Source: a bacterium (GTDB lineage: Bacteria > Electryoneota > JAOADG01). From it: a stretch of DNA of 64,000 nucleotides. The position numbers and the translations under genes are program-made. Each line of letters opens with the position of its first letter. Positions within the stretch are counted from its first letter, which is position 1. Below the pieces are notes generated by a model. That model was not told the origin of the DNA. It saw only the letters and a list, made by a program, of their open reading frames with translations, and did not search any database. The stretch covers positions 672,001 to 736,000 of the forward strand of contig OY820579.1 in the NCBI GenBank assembly GCA_963681965.1, read 5' to 3'. Shown here piece after piece: positions 43,466 through 55,300 of the stretch.

Positions 43466-46400
43466 TTTCCGCCCTCGTTTCGCAATGTAATGTAAAATAG
43501 AATGTTGCACCTTGATTAACGGCAGCTTCTGCCCAAACCCGACCATGGTGTCGATGAACGATCCGTTGAACGATTGCCAACCCAACGCCGGTACCTTCGA
43601 ATTGGTCCATGCTGTGCAATCGTTGAAATACGCCAAACAATTTATCCCGATACTTCATATCGAAGCCGACTCCGTTGTCTTTTATGTAGTACACGATTTC
43701 ACCGTCGATGACGGTCGAACCCACTTCTATCGAAGAGCGCCCTTTAATTGACGAATACTTAATCGCATTCCCCAATAGATTCGTCCAAACCTGTCGGATT
43801 AGGCTTGGGTCGCCCAATGTGTCCGGCATTTCTTTTACTGTAAAATCGATGCGCTGACGCTGCGCTTCCGAAGTCAATTCCAAAAATTCATTTTGAACCA
43901 AAGAGGAAAGCGAAATTGGCCAAGGAATTAACTCCGAGCGTCCTACCCGGGAAAACGACAGTAAGTCGTCGATCAGTTTTCCCATCCGATTGGTGTTATT
44001 ACAAACAATATTCAACAACCGAATTCCCTCGGCATCTAAACCCGGTCCGTACTCATCCAACACTATTTTAGCAAAGCTGTCGATCGCACGTAACGGTGCG
44101 CGCAGGTCGTGCGACACGGAATACGAGAACGCTTCCAGCTCATGGTTAGCGGCTTCAAGTGCCGCGGTACGCTGTTTTACGCGCTCTTCCAATTCGGTGT
44201 TCAATTGTTGAATTTGTTCCGCCGAGGATACCGATTCCGTGACGTCACGCATATTGGCAACCGCTAAGCCGACATTGGGATCGGAATATAAATTTCGAAA
44301 CGTGTGATCCATCCAACGAATGCTGCCATCCCGATGCCGTGCTCGAAAGAGCGAGTGTACGGATTGTACGGTTCCGAGGAAGATTTGTTCTTGAGTGTCC
44401 AGAAAAGTTTTTCTGTCGTCGGGGTGAATGATCTCATCGCGAAACATCGTTAAATATTCTTGAGCGGAGTACCCTAAAACCGATTCGATCGATGGAGTAA
44501 CAAAAATTAATTTACGATCTCGATTATATAACGAAATTGCGTCGCCACTATTTTCAAATAGCGCCCTCGCCCGCAATTCACTGACTCGCAACGCTTGTTC
44601 TGAGTGTTTTCGTTCGGTTATTTCAAGTACCGCTCCGACCAATCCGACGATTTCACCTTGCTCATTTTTAAGTGGAAAATAATTTCCCAACAAGTATGCT
44701 TCTTCGTTTTTCGATCGATTTCGTCCATAGGTTTCCACATTTCCAGCGGAAACGCCTTTCTGAAAAATCGGCTGGAACAGATTTATATAATAGTCGCGCA
44801 TGTGCGGGAACATTTCCAGCAACGACTTACCAATGTGCTGTTCCACGGGTATACCATTAATCTCTGCCAGCCGCGCGTTGATCCGCTGAAAGCGAAAATC
44901 GCGATCCAACACGAACAGACCGACCGGAGAACAAGCGAATATCTGGTCGATTTCCTCAAGTTGACGTTGAATTTGCTTCGCACTCTCCTGCAACGCCAAT
45001 TCGAATTGAACCCGATCGTGAATATCCATCAATGATCCAACAAACCGGACCGGAGTTCCATTTCTATTCCAATAAGCCTGCCCACGACTATTTACCCAGC
45101 GGTACTCACCCGATTTCGTCCGCATTCGGTAGTCAATATCGTACGGTTCATGGTTTTGCAGGTGTTGCGTGATTGCTTGTGCAATTCGATCCTCATCTTC
45201 GGGATGAATAAAATCGCGCCAAGTCTTGGGAAGATTGGGAATATCGCTGTCGGAATAACCCAATATCTCCTTGTATCGCGTGGAATAGTAAGCTTCGTTC
45301 GTTTGAAAGTTGCGATCCCAAATTCCTACCGAAGCACCTTTTACAGCCAACTCAAACCGTTCTTCGCTTGATCGCAAAGCATTTTCGTTCAATTTTCGAT
45401 CGGTTATGTCGCGAATCATGAATACAACGGAGTCGTTTTGCACTTTGAAAACGGAAATCTCCAAAAACTTGCTCGTTTCGCGAAGATACTGTTCGAACCG
45501 AATTCCCTCGCTATCTCTTACAACTTTATCCAATCGATCGCGACAAATCGACAACAAATGCGGTAAAATATCGGACAACTTGTGACCAATAATACGCTGA
45601 TTCTTTTCATTGACGATTAATTCCAGAGGACGATTCGCCGCAACGATTTCCGCATCGTCGTACACGTTCATATGATTCAAAAGCGGTTTTACAATCAGGC
45701 AGGCTGTCATCATGTTGTCGAACAGTAAGCGGAAGCGGCGTTCATTATCAAGTGCCGTCTCCTCGGCGTGCTTACGTTCGGTGATCTCTTTTGCCATAAC
45801 CGCCACTCCGGTCGTTTCGCCGGAATGATTTAGGATTGGACTCATTGTCGTCAAATAATAATGCCGTTCTTCACCGGTCGGTATGCATATTTCAACCGAT
45901 CTTGCCCCGCCAATCATCGCTGTAGTGATATCTCGTTGGGCGCCTTCGGCTTCCACCAAATCGGTAATCACGTCCAACAGATTTTTCCCGATTTCTGCGG
46001 TTCCTTGGAAGATTTCGCGCGCCCAGTTATCAAATGCCCGATTGTAACTCAACAGATTGAAGTCCCGATCAACGGCAAAGATCGGATCGAGGCTGCTTTC
46101 CAGAATACCGTGCATTGTGGAATACTGTTCTTGAAACGCTCGCTCGATTTTCTTTTGTTCCGAAACATCGATCAAAATGCAGTGGGTCCGGAGAAAATTT
46201 CCATTGTCGTCTTTACCGGCTCGTCCGATTAAAGAGACAATAATCGTCGACCCGTCTTTACGGATCATCCCGAACTCTTCTGTAATATTATTCTCTTGCG
46301 CCGATATCCGCTGAAAATAATCGCGCGCACTCAAGCGGGCGGATTCTGCAAAGAAGTCGATGATCGTATGACCGACAACGTCATCGCGATTGTATCGCAT

Positions 46401-48449
46401 CGTATCCAACCACGTCTGATTGACGGTTATAATTTTATTTTCCTGATTTACCGAAAAGTAGCTCAATGGAGCATAAACAAAGAGGCTTCGAAATCGCTCT
46501 TCACTGTCGGCAAGCGCTCGCTCGAACATCGATCGTTCGGCTTTCTGTTTGAGCATATCGAGCGCATTCGACAAGTCGGTGGTAATTTCCTCGAGTAACT
46601 GCTTCTCGCGGCTGGAAAAGAAAAATGGCTGTTCGGAGTATAGCGCCAAAATTGCACATAATTCTGAATCACAAAATACCGGCAATGCGGCAATCGATTC
46701 GTATCCCCGCTTTAAAGCCGCATTCAACCATGGCAACATCCGGGCTTCGTTGCGAATATCGTTGCAGATATCGACTCGTCGTTCCCGCACCGCTGTTCCA
46801 ACCGGACCGTAACCGACCGGTTCCTGATTTGCCGAAATCCTTATCTCCGAGAAATATCCTTCTTCGAAACCTTCGATCGCAACCGGAACAATTTCTTTCG
46901 TCTCGGGATCGACTTCGCCGATCCACGCCATCCTCAAACCACCCTGTTCTACCGCAATTCGACAGACCTCTTTCAATAACGTGTCGCGACTGAAGCTGTT
47001 CACAATTACTTTGTCTATTCCACTCAGGAAACTAAACAGGCGATTCACACGCAATAACTGAAGTTCGGATTGTTTTCGCTCGGAAATATCGCGTACGATC
47101 GATTGGTAAAACATTTTTCCACCGAGTTCGATCGTATTAGTGCCCACTTCAACGTAGATTTCCAGCCCATCGCTGCGTCGATGAATCGCTTCATGTAGTT
47201 GTTGATTGTGTGAGCGCGCCTCCTGCATCACCGTTTCGAAACTGGTAGGAGAATTTTCCGAACGCAATCGCCACGCTTCCAAACCTACCAGTTCATTCTT
47301 CGAATAGCCATACAAGACTTCGGCACGTTTGTTAACCCGCGAGATGATATAATCGGAATCGAAAATCAGAATTGCATCGTTTGCATTCTGAAAGAGTATC
47401 TCTACCTGTTGCAACAACTCTTGTTTGCGCTCCTCGGCACTCAGCGCTTCGCGAATAAATCGCGCTTCGCGACGATACCACCACAACCCCGTAACACCGC
47501 CAATCGCAACAATCGCAAGTAAAATGACCAACAACACATATCCGCCAAAAACACGCGATGGCGTCGCTATTTCTTCTACATCCACTTTGGTGAGGAGATA
47601 CCACGGGGAATCGGGAATGCGGTGTAAGGTCGCATATACTTCAACACCGCGGTAATCGGTTGTCGAAAAGAAGTTGCGTTTGTCCAGCACGCTTTTTGTA
47701 ATCGCACTTTGCCAGGAAGATCGCATTGAATGAAAGCGAGGTGATGTGTTCGTTTGAAACCGGAAATCATTTAGAAATTCTACGCTATCGCCATTGATAC
47801 GTAACAGTAAGCATTCGGTGGTCCGACTCGGCATCGGAAATTGTTGGATCAACGGGTAGAGGTCGCGATGTGGGTCGATTTGTAACAGCAGGGTTGCAAC
47901 CACCTTTTTCGAATCGTTGTCAAAATATGGAGCAACCACATCGATACAGGTTTTTCCATTTTTTAATAAATGAAAGTCATGAAGCTTTACGATATTCTCG
48001 GGAATTGTCTGAACGACTTTTGCGGTTACAACGTCATCGGGAAATTTAACACAATTCGTGTCGGGATCTACGAATAATACATTATTGTTGGGGTCGACCA
48101 ACCAAACACGCTGGTAATTTCGATTAGTAACGAATATTTTATTGCTTTCGTGGAGCGTCTTTCTTGCTTGGGTGTCTTGACGGTTATTGGAAATCTTTTT
48201 TATTGCTTCAATCACCCCGGGGTGACTGATTGCGGCGAGACCGTCCTGAATCCGCTCGCTACGCCAATTCAGGATTTGATCGATTTTTATCTTAGTGACC
48301 GCGATCATGCCGTCTTGTTCTTGACGGCGAAAAAAAGCGGAACGTTCATGATTGAAATAAAATCCGCCCACGATTAGCAAAGCAGATAACACGACAAAGA
48401 TGATCATCGGAAGAACGGATAGATGTAATCTTCTTACTTCTTTCCCCAC
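43458..48449 (-). CDS. Membrane sensor histidine kinase (periplasmic Cache-like domain, PAS x7, GAF, Cph1-type HisKA)
   Basis: Two TM segments; [29 protein letters not shown] and FGVFQRLH...GTGVGLAIV. Confidence 0.93.
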   Translation of the reverse strand: MGKEVRRLHLSVLPMIIFVVLSALLIVGGFYFNHERSAFFRRQEQDGMIAVTKIKIDQILNWRSERIQDGLAAISHPGVIEAIKKISNNRQDTQARKTLHESNKIFVTNRNYQRVWLVDPNNNVLFVDPDTNCVKFPDDVVTAKVVQTIPENIVKLHDFHLLKNGKTCIDVVAPYFDNDSKKVVATLLLQIDPHRDLYPLIQQFPMPSRTTECLLLRINGDSVEFLNDFRFQTNTSPRFHSMRSSWQSAITKSVLDKRNFFSTTDYRGVEVYATLHRIPDSPWYLLTKVDVEEIATPSRVFGGYVLLVILLAIVAIGGVTGLWWYRREARFIREALSAEERKQELLQQVEILFQNANDAILIFDSDYIISRVNKRAEVLYGYSKNELVGLEAWRLRSENSPTSFETVMQEARSHNQQLHEAIHRRSDGLEIYVEVGTNTIELGGKMFYQSIVRDISERKQSELQLLRVNRLFSFLSGIDKVIVNSFSRDTLLKEVCRIAVEQGGLRMAWIGEVDPETKEIVPVAIEGFEEGYFSEIRISANQEPVGYGPVGTAVRERRVDICNDIRNEARMLPWLNAALKRGYESIAALPVFCDSELCAILALYSEQPFFFSSREKQLLEEITTDLSNALDMLKQKAERSMFERALADSEERFRSLFVYAPLSYFSVNQENKIITVNQTWLDTMRYNRDDVVGHTIIDFFAESARLSARDYFQRISAQENNITEEFGMIRKDGSTIIVSLIGRAGKDDNGNFLRTHCILIDVSEQKKIERAFQEQYSTMHGILESSLDPIFAVDRDFNLLSYNRAFDNWAREIFQGTAEIGKNLLDVITDLVEAEGAQRDITTAMIGGARSVEICIPTGEERHYYLTTMSPILNHSGETTGVAVMAKEITERKHAEETALDNERRFRLLFDNMMTACLIVKPLLNHMNVYDDAEIVAANRPLELIVNEKNQRIIGHKLSDILPHLLSICRDRLDKVVRDSEGIRFEQYLRETSKFLEISVFKVQNDSVVFMIRDITDRKLNENALRSSEERFELAVKGASVGIWDRNFQTNEAYYSTRYKEILGYSDSDIPNLPKTWRDFIHPEDEDRIAQAITQHLQNHEPYDIDYRMRTKSGEYRWVNSRGQAYWNRNGTPVRFVGSLMDIHDRVQFELALQESAKQIQRQLEEIDQIFACSPVGLFVLDRDFRFQRINARLAEINGIPVEQHIGKSLLEMFPHMRDYYINLFQPIFQKGVSAGNVETYGRNRSKNEEAYLLGNYFPLKNEQGEIVGLVGAVLEITERKHSEQALRVSELRARALFENSGDAISLYNRDRKLIFVTPSIESVLGYSAQEYLTMFRDEIIHPDDRKTFLDTQEQIFLGTVQSVHSLFRARHRDGSIRWMDHTFRNLYSDPNVGLAVANMRDVTESVSSAEQIQQLNTELEERVKQRTAALEAANHELEAFSYSVSHDLRAPLRAIDSFAKIVLDEYGPGLDAEGIRLLNIVCNNTNRMGKLIDDLLSFSRVGRSELIPWPISLSSLVQNEFLELTSEAQRQRIDFTVKEMPDTLGDPSLIRQVWTNLLGNAIKYSSIKGRSSIEVGSTVIDGEIVYYIKDNGVGFDMKYRDKLFGVFQRLHSMDQFEGTGVGLAIVQRIVHRHHGRVWAEAAVNQGATFYFTLHCETRAEND

Positions 48450-48936
48450 AACGACCTCATTGCAATCGCTCGTTCGTAAAGTTGAATGAAACGAATAATA
48501 GGTGTCAGTTCAATCGATTTCGAAATCAGCTACTATTATAACCGTACTAATTTTTTTTTACGCTTGCAAGCGATTTTTGATCGATAACATTAATATTTGG
48601 AATTACTTGTGTAATCTCGCCAGTAGTTTTCTTCACTCCGTTTTCACGTTTCAGCACACCGCTGCGATGTAACTACAAATTCTTTTTGTAAGTTTCGGAT
48701 TTTTCGTATCTCTCGAAACCCTCTGATCTTATTCTTTTTTCCAAATCAAAAGCAACGCCTCTAAAAGGCGTCAAACAATAATGTTTTCACTCCGATGATC
48801 GAATTTCCCGGTACTCGATCACACAAAAATTCCGGTAGAGTTCGTTTTCGGTTGGAAGCGGTTCATTCTTCAAGTAACTTTTCTCAGATTTTTTCCCTAT
48901 TCGAGCAAAATCCTTCCACTAATCATTGAGGTATCA

Positions 48937-51666
48937 ATGAAACAACTTATTATTGTTATTATACTTATCGTAATTCTCGCCACAAATCTTTGGGCATCCG
49001 TAACCGGAACCGTAAACAATGCGACGACACAATTGGCTGTTGCAGGGGCAAAAGTGAAATTCGGAACCGTCGATTCTACAACAACAGACTCGCTCGGTCA
49101 GTTTTCACTTCCCAATATTGCTGCTGGACGATATGTGGTCCGTATTCAAAAATATGGCTATCAAGTCTGGCGCGACACGGTTACGCTCGTCACCGGCACA
49201 AATGCGTACAACGCACAACTGACAGTATTAACAGTCGATCCCGCTCCGGTAGGGCTGTGGACTTTCGACAATACCGCCAATCACGTTGCTGCCACAACCG
49301 GCAACGATTTAATACTTAGTGGAACCGATTCGCTGATTTCCGGACCAACTACTGGCGATGGCGCGATAAACATCGGTGTTGGCAGCTATTTTCGGTGCAA
49401 TCACGACATTCCCGCCAACGGCGGTGGTACCGAAGTAAATGTCTACACCGTGGTAATTGATTTTCGCGTCCCGTCGATCGGTCAATGGTACTGTTTCTGG
49501 CAAACCAACCCCACCAACACGAATGATGGCGACTGTTTCGTCAATCCGAACGGTACGATCGGCGTCGCCGCTACCACCTACTCGCAATATGCGATCCAAG
49601 CGAACGAGTGGTACCGGTTGGTCGTTTCCATTTCAATGGGAACCCACTACACCTACTATCTCGACGGTCAATTGCTGAATGAGGCGACGAACCAGACGAC
49701 AGACGGGCGCTTTAGTCTGTATCCTTCCAGTGCCAACAACCAGATTCTGTTTTTCGCCGATGAAGATGGCGAAGACAATATGATTTCGGTGGCAAAAGTG
49801 GCACTCTACGACCGCGACCTAACAGCCGCTCAGGTTGGTGCACTCGGCGGGTTTGGTCATAACCTGTCGAGCCAGCCGAATGCGATGAAACCGTACCTGC
49901 AGTCTCCGACGACGAATTCGATCTGGGTAAGTTGGCATGCTGCACCCTCGCTATTGTCGACGGTACAATACGGCACTTCGGCTAGCACCCTGACCCAATC
50001 AGCCACCGGGACAGCACAGACACTCGGCACCAACGTGATCTGGCATAGTGTTCAATTAACCAACCTACAATCCAATACCGAATACTTCTATCGTTGTGTC
50101 ACCGATACAATGCAATCGCTGGTCTATAGCTTCCGTACTCCACCGGCAAATAACGATCATTCGCGACCGCTTCGGTTTGTTATGTTCGGCGACTCGCAGT
50201 CCGATGTCACTCGCTCCACCGCAACGGCGATGGCAATCCGGCAGAAAACCTTGGAGTTGTATGGTGATTCGCTACACAACACTGTGAATTGTCTTCTTCA
50301 TGCCGGCGATATTGGGGGCAACGGTGCTGCTTTGGCGGGGTATGTCACTGAATATTTCAATCCGTTCCAAACGATTAGCCGGGAAATTCCGATGATGATT
50401 TCGGTTGGAAATCACGAAGGGGAGTCCAATTTTTTCTACAACTACATGAAGTATGAAGCGTTCGGCGGTTCGGAAGGGGAGCGCTATTATTCATTCCGGA
50501 TCGGCGATACCCGGATCATTATGTTAAATGGTAATGTTGCAGGGACAACACAATTAACCTGGCTTACATCGGAACTTCAAGCCGCACAAGCCGACACTTC
50601 GATCGATTGGATTATTACGGTTTCACACCAACCGGGGCATAGCGAAATATGGCCTGACGGTAACTGGTCGTGGATGCAGACTAGTGTCTTACCGATGCTC
50701 GATACCTGTTCGAAAGCAACACTCGTGGTTGATGGTCATTCCCATTGTTACGAGCACGGCGTACGCACCAACGGCAATGAACACTTTATGATCGTCGGTG
50801 GTGGTGGCGGTGCACTGGATCGCTGGCGGATGTACCCAAATCAGACCGATTATCCCGATGTGTTCCGGTCACTCGACGAATATTGTTATCTCATTGTCGA
50901 AATCGATCCCTCAGCACAGACGTTTACTTGTACGACCTACGGTCTCGGCAACACCGACCGACCGCGCAACAATCAAGTAATCGATCGCTGGAGTCGCAGT
51001 CTGCGCGCAATTGCACCTTATCAGCCGGCAAACTTAACATCGGGTGCGGTTTATCCGAATGATACGCTCTGGGTAAGTACTTGCCCGCCGAACGATTCAC
51101 TGCTCAGTACTCAGGTACAAATTACCAGTACACTCGGAAACTACACCAGTCCGCTACTGGATACATTGCGAAATTTCGAGAATTTTTACCTAGACAGTGG
51201 TACCCCGAACTATACTCCGATCGACCGAAATGCCGGAATCATGCTTAAAGCATTTCCACTGCCAGCGAGTCGGTTGCGGGATAGTACGACATATGGTTGG
51301 AGATTCCGGTATCGCACAAAGAATCTGAATTGGTCGAGTTGGTCTCAGGAAGCAGCGTTTACCTATCGCCGAACCGATGTTGCGGAAACAGCGACAACAC
51401 CGTTTACTTATTCGTTGTTACCGAATTATCCAAACCCATTCAATCCGAAGACGACGCTGCGATTCTCGTTGGCTGCGCCGGGACGAGCACGAATAACGGT
51501 ATTCGATGCAACCGGACGATTGGTGGCGACGGTGACAGATCAACACTATCCGGCGGGACAATACGAGATTCCATTTGATGGTACTCGCTTGCCTTCAGGC
51601 ACGTACTTTTGTCGATTTGAAACGAACCGCGCCTCGATCACTCATTCTATTGTGTTAATGAAGTAG
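48937..51666 (+). CDS. Secreted multidomain purple-acid-phosphatase-like metallophosphoesterase (CarboxypepD_reg, LamG-like, FN3, metallophos, T9SS CTD)
   Basis: FGDSQ, HAGDI, GNHE, SHQP and GHSHCYEH ligands; PYLQSPT FN3; NYPNPFNP...PSGTYFCR C-terminus. Confidence 0.88.
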   Translation: MKQLIIVIILIVILATNLWASVTGTVNNATTQLAVAGAKVKFGTVDSTTTDSLGQFSLPNIAAGRYVVRIQKYGYQVWRDTVTLVTGTNAYNAQLTVLTVDPAPVGLWTFDNTANHVAATTGNDLILSGTDSLISGPTTGDGAINIGVGSYFRCNHDIPANGGGTEVNVYTVVIDFRVPSIGQWYCFWQTNPTNTNDGDCFVNPNGTIGVAATTYSQYAIQANEWYRLVVSISMGTHYTYYLDGQLLNEATNQTTDGRFSLYPSSANNQILFFADEDGEDNMISVAKVALYDRDLTAAQVGALGGFGHNLSSQPNAMKPYLQSPTTNSIWVSWHAAPSLLSTVQYGTSASTLTQSATGTAQTLGTNVIWHSVQLTNLQSNTEYFYRCVTDTMQSLVYSFRTPPANNDHSRPLRFVMFGDSQSDVTRSTATAMAIRQKTLELYGDSLHNTVNCLLHAGDIGGNGAALAGYVTEYFNPFQTISREIPMMISVGNHEGESNFFYNYMKYEAFGGSEGERYYSFRIGDTRIIMLNGNVAGTTQLTWLTSELQAAQADTSIDWIITVSHQPGHSEIWPDGNWSWMQTSVLPMLDTCSKATLVVDGHSHCYEHGVRTNGNEHFMIVGGGGGALDRWRMYPNQTDYPDVFRSLDEYCYLIVEIDPSAQTFTCTTYGLGNTDRPRNNQVIDRWSRSLRAIAPYQPANLTSGAVYPNDTLWVSTCPPNDSLLSTQVQITSTLGNYTSPLLDTLRNFENFYLDSGTPNYTPIDRNAGIMLKAFPLPASRLRDSTTYGWRFRYRTKNLNWSSWSQEAAFTYRRTDVAETATTPFTYSLLPNYPNPFNPKTTLRFSLAAPGRARITVFDATGRLVATVTDQHYPAGQYEIPFDGTRLPSGTYFCRFETNRASITHSIVLMK

Positions 51667-51712
51667 CCTGTTCAAAGTCACTGTTATTCGCTTGCGAAAA
51701 TTATTTATACAG

Positions 51713-51743
51713 AAGGGGCGTAAAAAATTACGCCCCTTTTTTT
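51713..51743 (+). terminator. Intrinsic terminator
   Basis: AAGGGGCGTAA-aaaa-TTACGCCCC-TTTTTTT. Confidence 0.85.
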
Positions 51744-51784
51744 AGTGGAACACTTACCCATCAAATCGTATAATAGCCGCTTTC

Positions 51785-53206
51785 TTACATAATCACCGGT
51801 TCTGTTGGTGAATCGTCTTTTAAGCGATGAAGTTTTTTCTTCACAAAAAAGTATACACCCATACGATGTGCCCAAGAATAGGAGAGTAAATCCAACCAAC
51901 GGTGATTCTTGTAATAGAGTTTCGCAATCGCTTTCATCTGGAGGCGTTCGAGTTCTTCGTAGGGTAACCCTTCGATCTTGAGTGCTCTACCCCCGTATTT
52001 ATCGTATTCTTCCCAGCGCTCGCTCAATAAAGAATATCCCATTTTATTGTTTTTCGCCAAATTGTAGATTTCTGTTCCGGGAAAAGGCACCATCAAACCA
52101 ATAGCGATGTTGTCTGTGTTTAATTCTGCAGCCAACTCGACAGTTTTATTCGCCGTCGCTCTGGTCTCTCCCGGGTGTCCTAGGATATAGTAAGTGTTTA
52201 AGCTTATGCCGGCATTTTTTACGATTGCTACCGCCCGTTTAATTTGCTGGATGTTCACTTTCTTTCTGACTGTAACGAGAATTTCATCGTCCCCGGCTTC
52301 GACGCCCATTGCCAGACAGATACAACCCGAACGTCGAGCAAGATCGATCAAGTCTGCATTGACAATATTCGCCCGCGTAAGTCCAGTCCAGCGAATCTTT
52401 TTCGACAAACCGCTGTCGATAAAATATTGAAGCAGTTTTCGCGTTACCGGACGATCCATCAGAAATATTTCATCGAGAAAATCGAAAGTATGCGCACCAA
52501 ATTTCCGGATCGCCATTTCAATTTCGGCAATAATATTTTCCGTACTTCGTTGACGAACCTTTCGTCCTAACAGTTGCATACAAAATAGGCAATCGTAGGG
52601 GCATCCTCGCGACGTAAAGATCGCATACACATCATTTTTTCGACTTAGTGCGCGGGTGTTATCACCATAATAATCGCTAAAATCGGGGAACGGGAGCGCA
52701 TCGAGTTCGGCATTTGTCAAAAATGGACGGGCATCATTTATTCTGATCGAATCGCCGTTACGGTAGATAATGCCGGGAATATGTTCTTGCTCATACAGGT
52801 TTGGCTGTTCGAGATACTTCACCAACTCCACAATGGTTTTTTCTCCCTCGCCAATCACACCATAATCGAAAACCGGGTAATCCGACAGCGTTCGTTCCGG
52901 AAGCGCTGTTAAATGACATCCGCCGATAACAGTAGTGCAGGCGTGTTTGCTGCGAATTTGCGAGGCAACGAACGAAGCTTGAGTGATTTCTTGTGTCATT
53001 GCCGTAAAGCCGATTGCGTCCGGCGAATATGCCACAATTTCTTGAACCAGGCGATCGACAGACCAGTTGTTAAAAAAGCCATCGAAGATTTTTGCTTCGT
53101 AACCGTTTTGTTTAAGGACACCAGCCAAATAAGCGAGTCCAACGATTGGTCGTTGATGCCAATTTGCATACGTGGAAGGTAGTTTGACGAGTGCAACCTT
53201 AAACAT
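51785..53206 (-). CDS. B12-binding-domain radical SAM protein
   Basis: GLAYLA, GGCH, GEGE, TSRGCPYDCLFC (CxxxCxxC), GVEAG, GHPGET and PFPGTE motifs. Confidence 0.93.
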   Translation of the reverse strand: MFKVALVKLPSTYANWHQRPIVGLAYLAGVLKQNGYEAKIFDGFFNNWSVDRLVQEIVAYSPDAIGFTAMTQEITQASFVASQIRSKHACTTVIGGCHLTALPERTLSDYPVFDYGVIGEGEKTIVELVKYLEQPNLYEQEHIPGIIYRNGDSIRINDARPFLTNAELDALPFPDFSDYYGDNTRALSRKNDVYAIFTSRGCPYDCLFCMQLLGRKVRQRSTENIIAEIEMAIRKFGAHTFDFLDEIFLMDRPVTRKLLQYFIDSGLSKKIRWTGLTRANIVNADLIDLARRSGCICLAMGVEAGDDEILVTVRKKVNIQQIKRAVAIVKNAGISLNTYYILGHPGETRATANKTVELAAELNTDNIAIGLMVPFPGTEIYNLAKNNKMGYSLLSERWEEYDKYGGRALKIEGLPYEELERLQMKAIAKLYYKNHRWLDLLSYSWAHRMGVYFFVKKKLHRLKDDSPTEPVIM

Positions 53207-53525
53207 TCCTGTCTCCCAATCAAATGCATCTGATCTACCGAATTATCGACATGTTCGTCGAAATGCAATCGGTGTGTAGTGATAATGTAATACCTATCCA
53301 CAGACAAACAATTCAACTTTTCCAGTGATACAAATATTCGACCAACTCTTATAAATTCAAACTCATCTAAAAATTCGCAATAATGGACAAATATGCTTGA
53401 ACATATGTCCAAAAATAATACAACTATTTGTGATTACAAATAATTATTGTTAACTTTAAGTTCCGATATTTGCTTTGTGTGACGATGTCCAATCTTATGG
53501 CAATGGCTCTTTATTGAGGTGTAGT

Positions 53526-54938
53526 ATGCGAATTTCATTTCGATTTTTCCTCATTACCCTGCTCGGTCTGGCAACAATCGCGTTTGCCGACCCGTGGGAA
53601 TTTAGACTCGACGGAGTCGAAAGTGCTGCCCGCAATATCAATTTTACCAGTGATGGTGGCTATATCATTGCCGGAACCGGTGCGATGTTTAAACTATCAC
53701 CGACCGGATCGTTACTTTGGTCAAGCCCGATCTCCGGCGCCGAAGCCAAACAGACGTGGGACGGCGGATATGTGCTGGTTGGCAATAACAGTTTCATGTC
53801 GGCAATGATTGCCCGGACCGATTCGACCGGCGACACGCTCTGGACCCGGTTGTATGGTCGTTCCCGCACTCGCGCCGATTTTTACAATGTCTTTCCAGCT
53901 CCCGATAGTTGTATTTTGGCGACCGGCTATCACAACGGATCCGCGTATTCACCCTCCGGTGGCAATGGCTGCCTGGTAAAATTCGATCAAAACGGCGACA
54001 CGCTGTGGAACCGCAGTTACGCTTACGGTCAGGAAACCCGTTTTTTTGCTGCTGTGAAAGTGAGCGACGGCTTTCTTATGGCTGGTCGAACGAAAGCGGT
54101 CGGCACTGAAAGCGATTTTAATTTTGTTGCAGTTCGCACAAACGATAATGGCGACACGATCTGGACCGGTATCTACGGTCGCACCGGCAATCAAATCTGT
54201 AACGGTGTTACCGTTTGTTCCGATGGTGGTTTTTTACTTACCGGTAGCACTGATATCACTACTGGCGGTGGAACCACCAAAGATCTCTATTTAGTTAAAA
54301 TAAGTTCTACCGGTGCGTTTCAGTGGGAACAACATTACGGATCCGAAATGTTGGATGAAGTCGGCGAAGCCGTTGCTGCAGATCCGAATGGTGGTTATAT
54401 CGTTACCGGATATGCCGAATTGTCGGGTGTTGCGCCGATGGTTGTGTCACTAATGAAAGTTGATTCGGCGGGCGCTGCTGTTTGGACTTCTGGCTTCGGA
54501 ACAAACTTGTACAATGCCGGTCTCGCGGTGCGGACGCTTAGCGATGGTTCGATTTTGTGCGCTGGATTGCGCGAAGCAAATTTCGTTTTCTACGGCGATG
54601 GCGAGGCGTGGGTGGCTTGTACCAATTCCGACGGTTCGCTTTCGACGCTAGATCCTGCTCACCGCGCATTACCAGTATCTGTCGCGCTGCAACCAGCTTA
54701 TCCGAATCCATTTAATTCGACAACGGTAGTCCGCTATTCACTGCCGCGACAGACGCATGCGCGGATCGAATTATTCAATCTTTATGGTCAACGGGTAGCG
54801 ACATTGCTCGATCGCGATCACGCTGCCGGAAACTATTCGTTATCACTCGACGGCGAGGGATTGGCGGCGGGTACTTATTTTGTGAGGCTTCATACGCCTA
54901 ACCAGAGCGCGACTCAAAAGGTGGTTTTGCTCAAGTAA
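53526..54938 (+). CDS. Secreted beta-propeller repeat protein (GDTLW..YG repeats) with T9SS type-A sorting domain
   Basis: Repeats TDSTGDTLWTRLYG, FDQNGDTLWNRSYA and SDGGFLLTGST; AYPNPFNSTT...AAGTYFVRL...KVVLLK. ATG follows GAGG. Confidence 0.85.
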   Translation: MRISFRFFLITLLGLATIAFADPWEFRLDGVESAARNINFTSDGGYIIAGTGAMFKLSPTGSLLWSSPISGAEAKQTWDGGYVLVGNNSFMSAMIARTDSTGDTLWTRLYGRSRTRADFYNVFPAPDSCILATGYHNGSAYSPSGGNGCLVKFDQNGDTLWNRSYAYGQETRFFAAVKVSDGFLMAGRTKAVGTESDFNFVAVRTNDNGDTIWTGIYGRTGNQICNGVTVCSDGGFLLTGSTDITTGGGTTKDLYLVKISSTGAFQWEQHYGSEMLDEVGEAVAADPNGGYIVTGYAELSGVAPMVVSLMKVDSAGAAVWTSGFGTNLYNAGLAVRTLSDGSILCAGLREANFVFYGDGEAWVACTNSDGSLSTLDPAHRALPVSVALQPAYPNPFNSTTVVRYSLPRQTHARIELFNLYGQRVATLLDRDHAAGNYSLSLDGEGLAAGTYFVRLHTPNQSATQKVVLLK

Positions 54939-54963
54939 CGAGAGAATTCGGTTAACGCCGTGT

Positions 54964-55165
54964 ATAGTGTCTCTTTAAATTAGTTGTTATCGTTAGTATG
55001 GGTGGACCCTCGTGTCCGCCCATTTTGTATCTAGACCCGCTTTGCGAATACATCGTTCGGCTGGTGGCGCAGGCCTCCGAGCCTGCGATTTTTTTGTAGT
55101 ACTGCCGATCTCCGAATCGGCGATTCGCTTCGTTCCCGTAGGTCAGAACTTGTTCTGACCACCTC
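54964..55165. repeat. MITE arm plus REP mosaic, same order of hairpin families as 6259-6373
   Basis: ATAGTGTCTCTTTAAATTAGTTGTTATCG arm; GTAT-GGGTGGAC/GTCCGCCC (54996-55021); GTGG-CGCAGGC/GCCTGCG (55064-55087); GTAG..GCCGAT/ATCGGC (55096-55121); GTAG-GTCAGAAC/GTTCTGAC (55138-55159). Confidence 0.8.
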
Positions 55166-55300
55166 CTGTGTCTCAAATAGAAAACAATTAACGCAGTCTT
55201 AATCCTGCGGCTACAAATTCTCCTTTCACTCATCAATTTGTTTGTAAATACTCTCCATCCACATTATTATTGATATACCACCTGTCCGACCGGAGGCGCC

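Noticed and set aside
43466-43636. Long N-terminal extensions in the ORF track (also 22341-22526, 3869-3961, 61996-62040 and 14760-14819)
   Set aside because: Downstream ATGs with RBSs and family-typical N-termini fit better; the extensions overlap other genes or promoter regions.
43458-48449. Bacteriophytochrome (Cph1-type kinase next to Rcp1-like regulator)
   Set aside because: No PAS-GAF-PHY photosensory module or DIP motif; the N-terminus is a membrane-anchored periplasmic sensor.
53207-53525. Cobalamin riboswitch ahead of the B12-binding radical SAM gene
   Set aside because: AT-rich region with no recognisable B12-box or GGGAA/GCCACTG elements.
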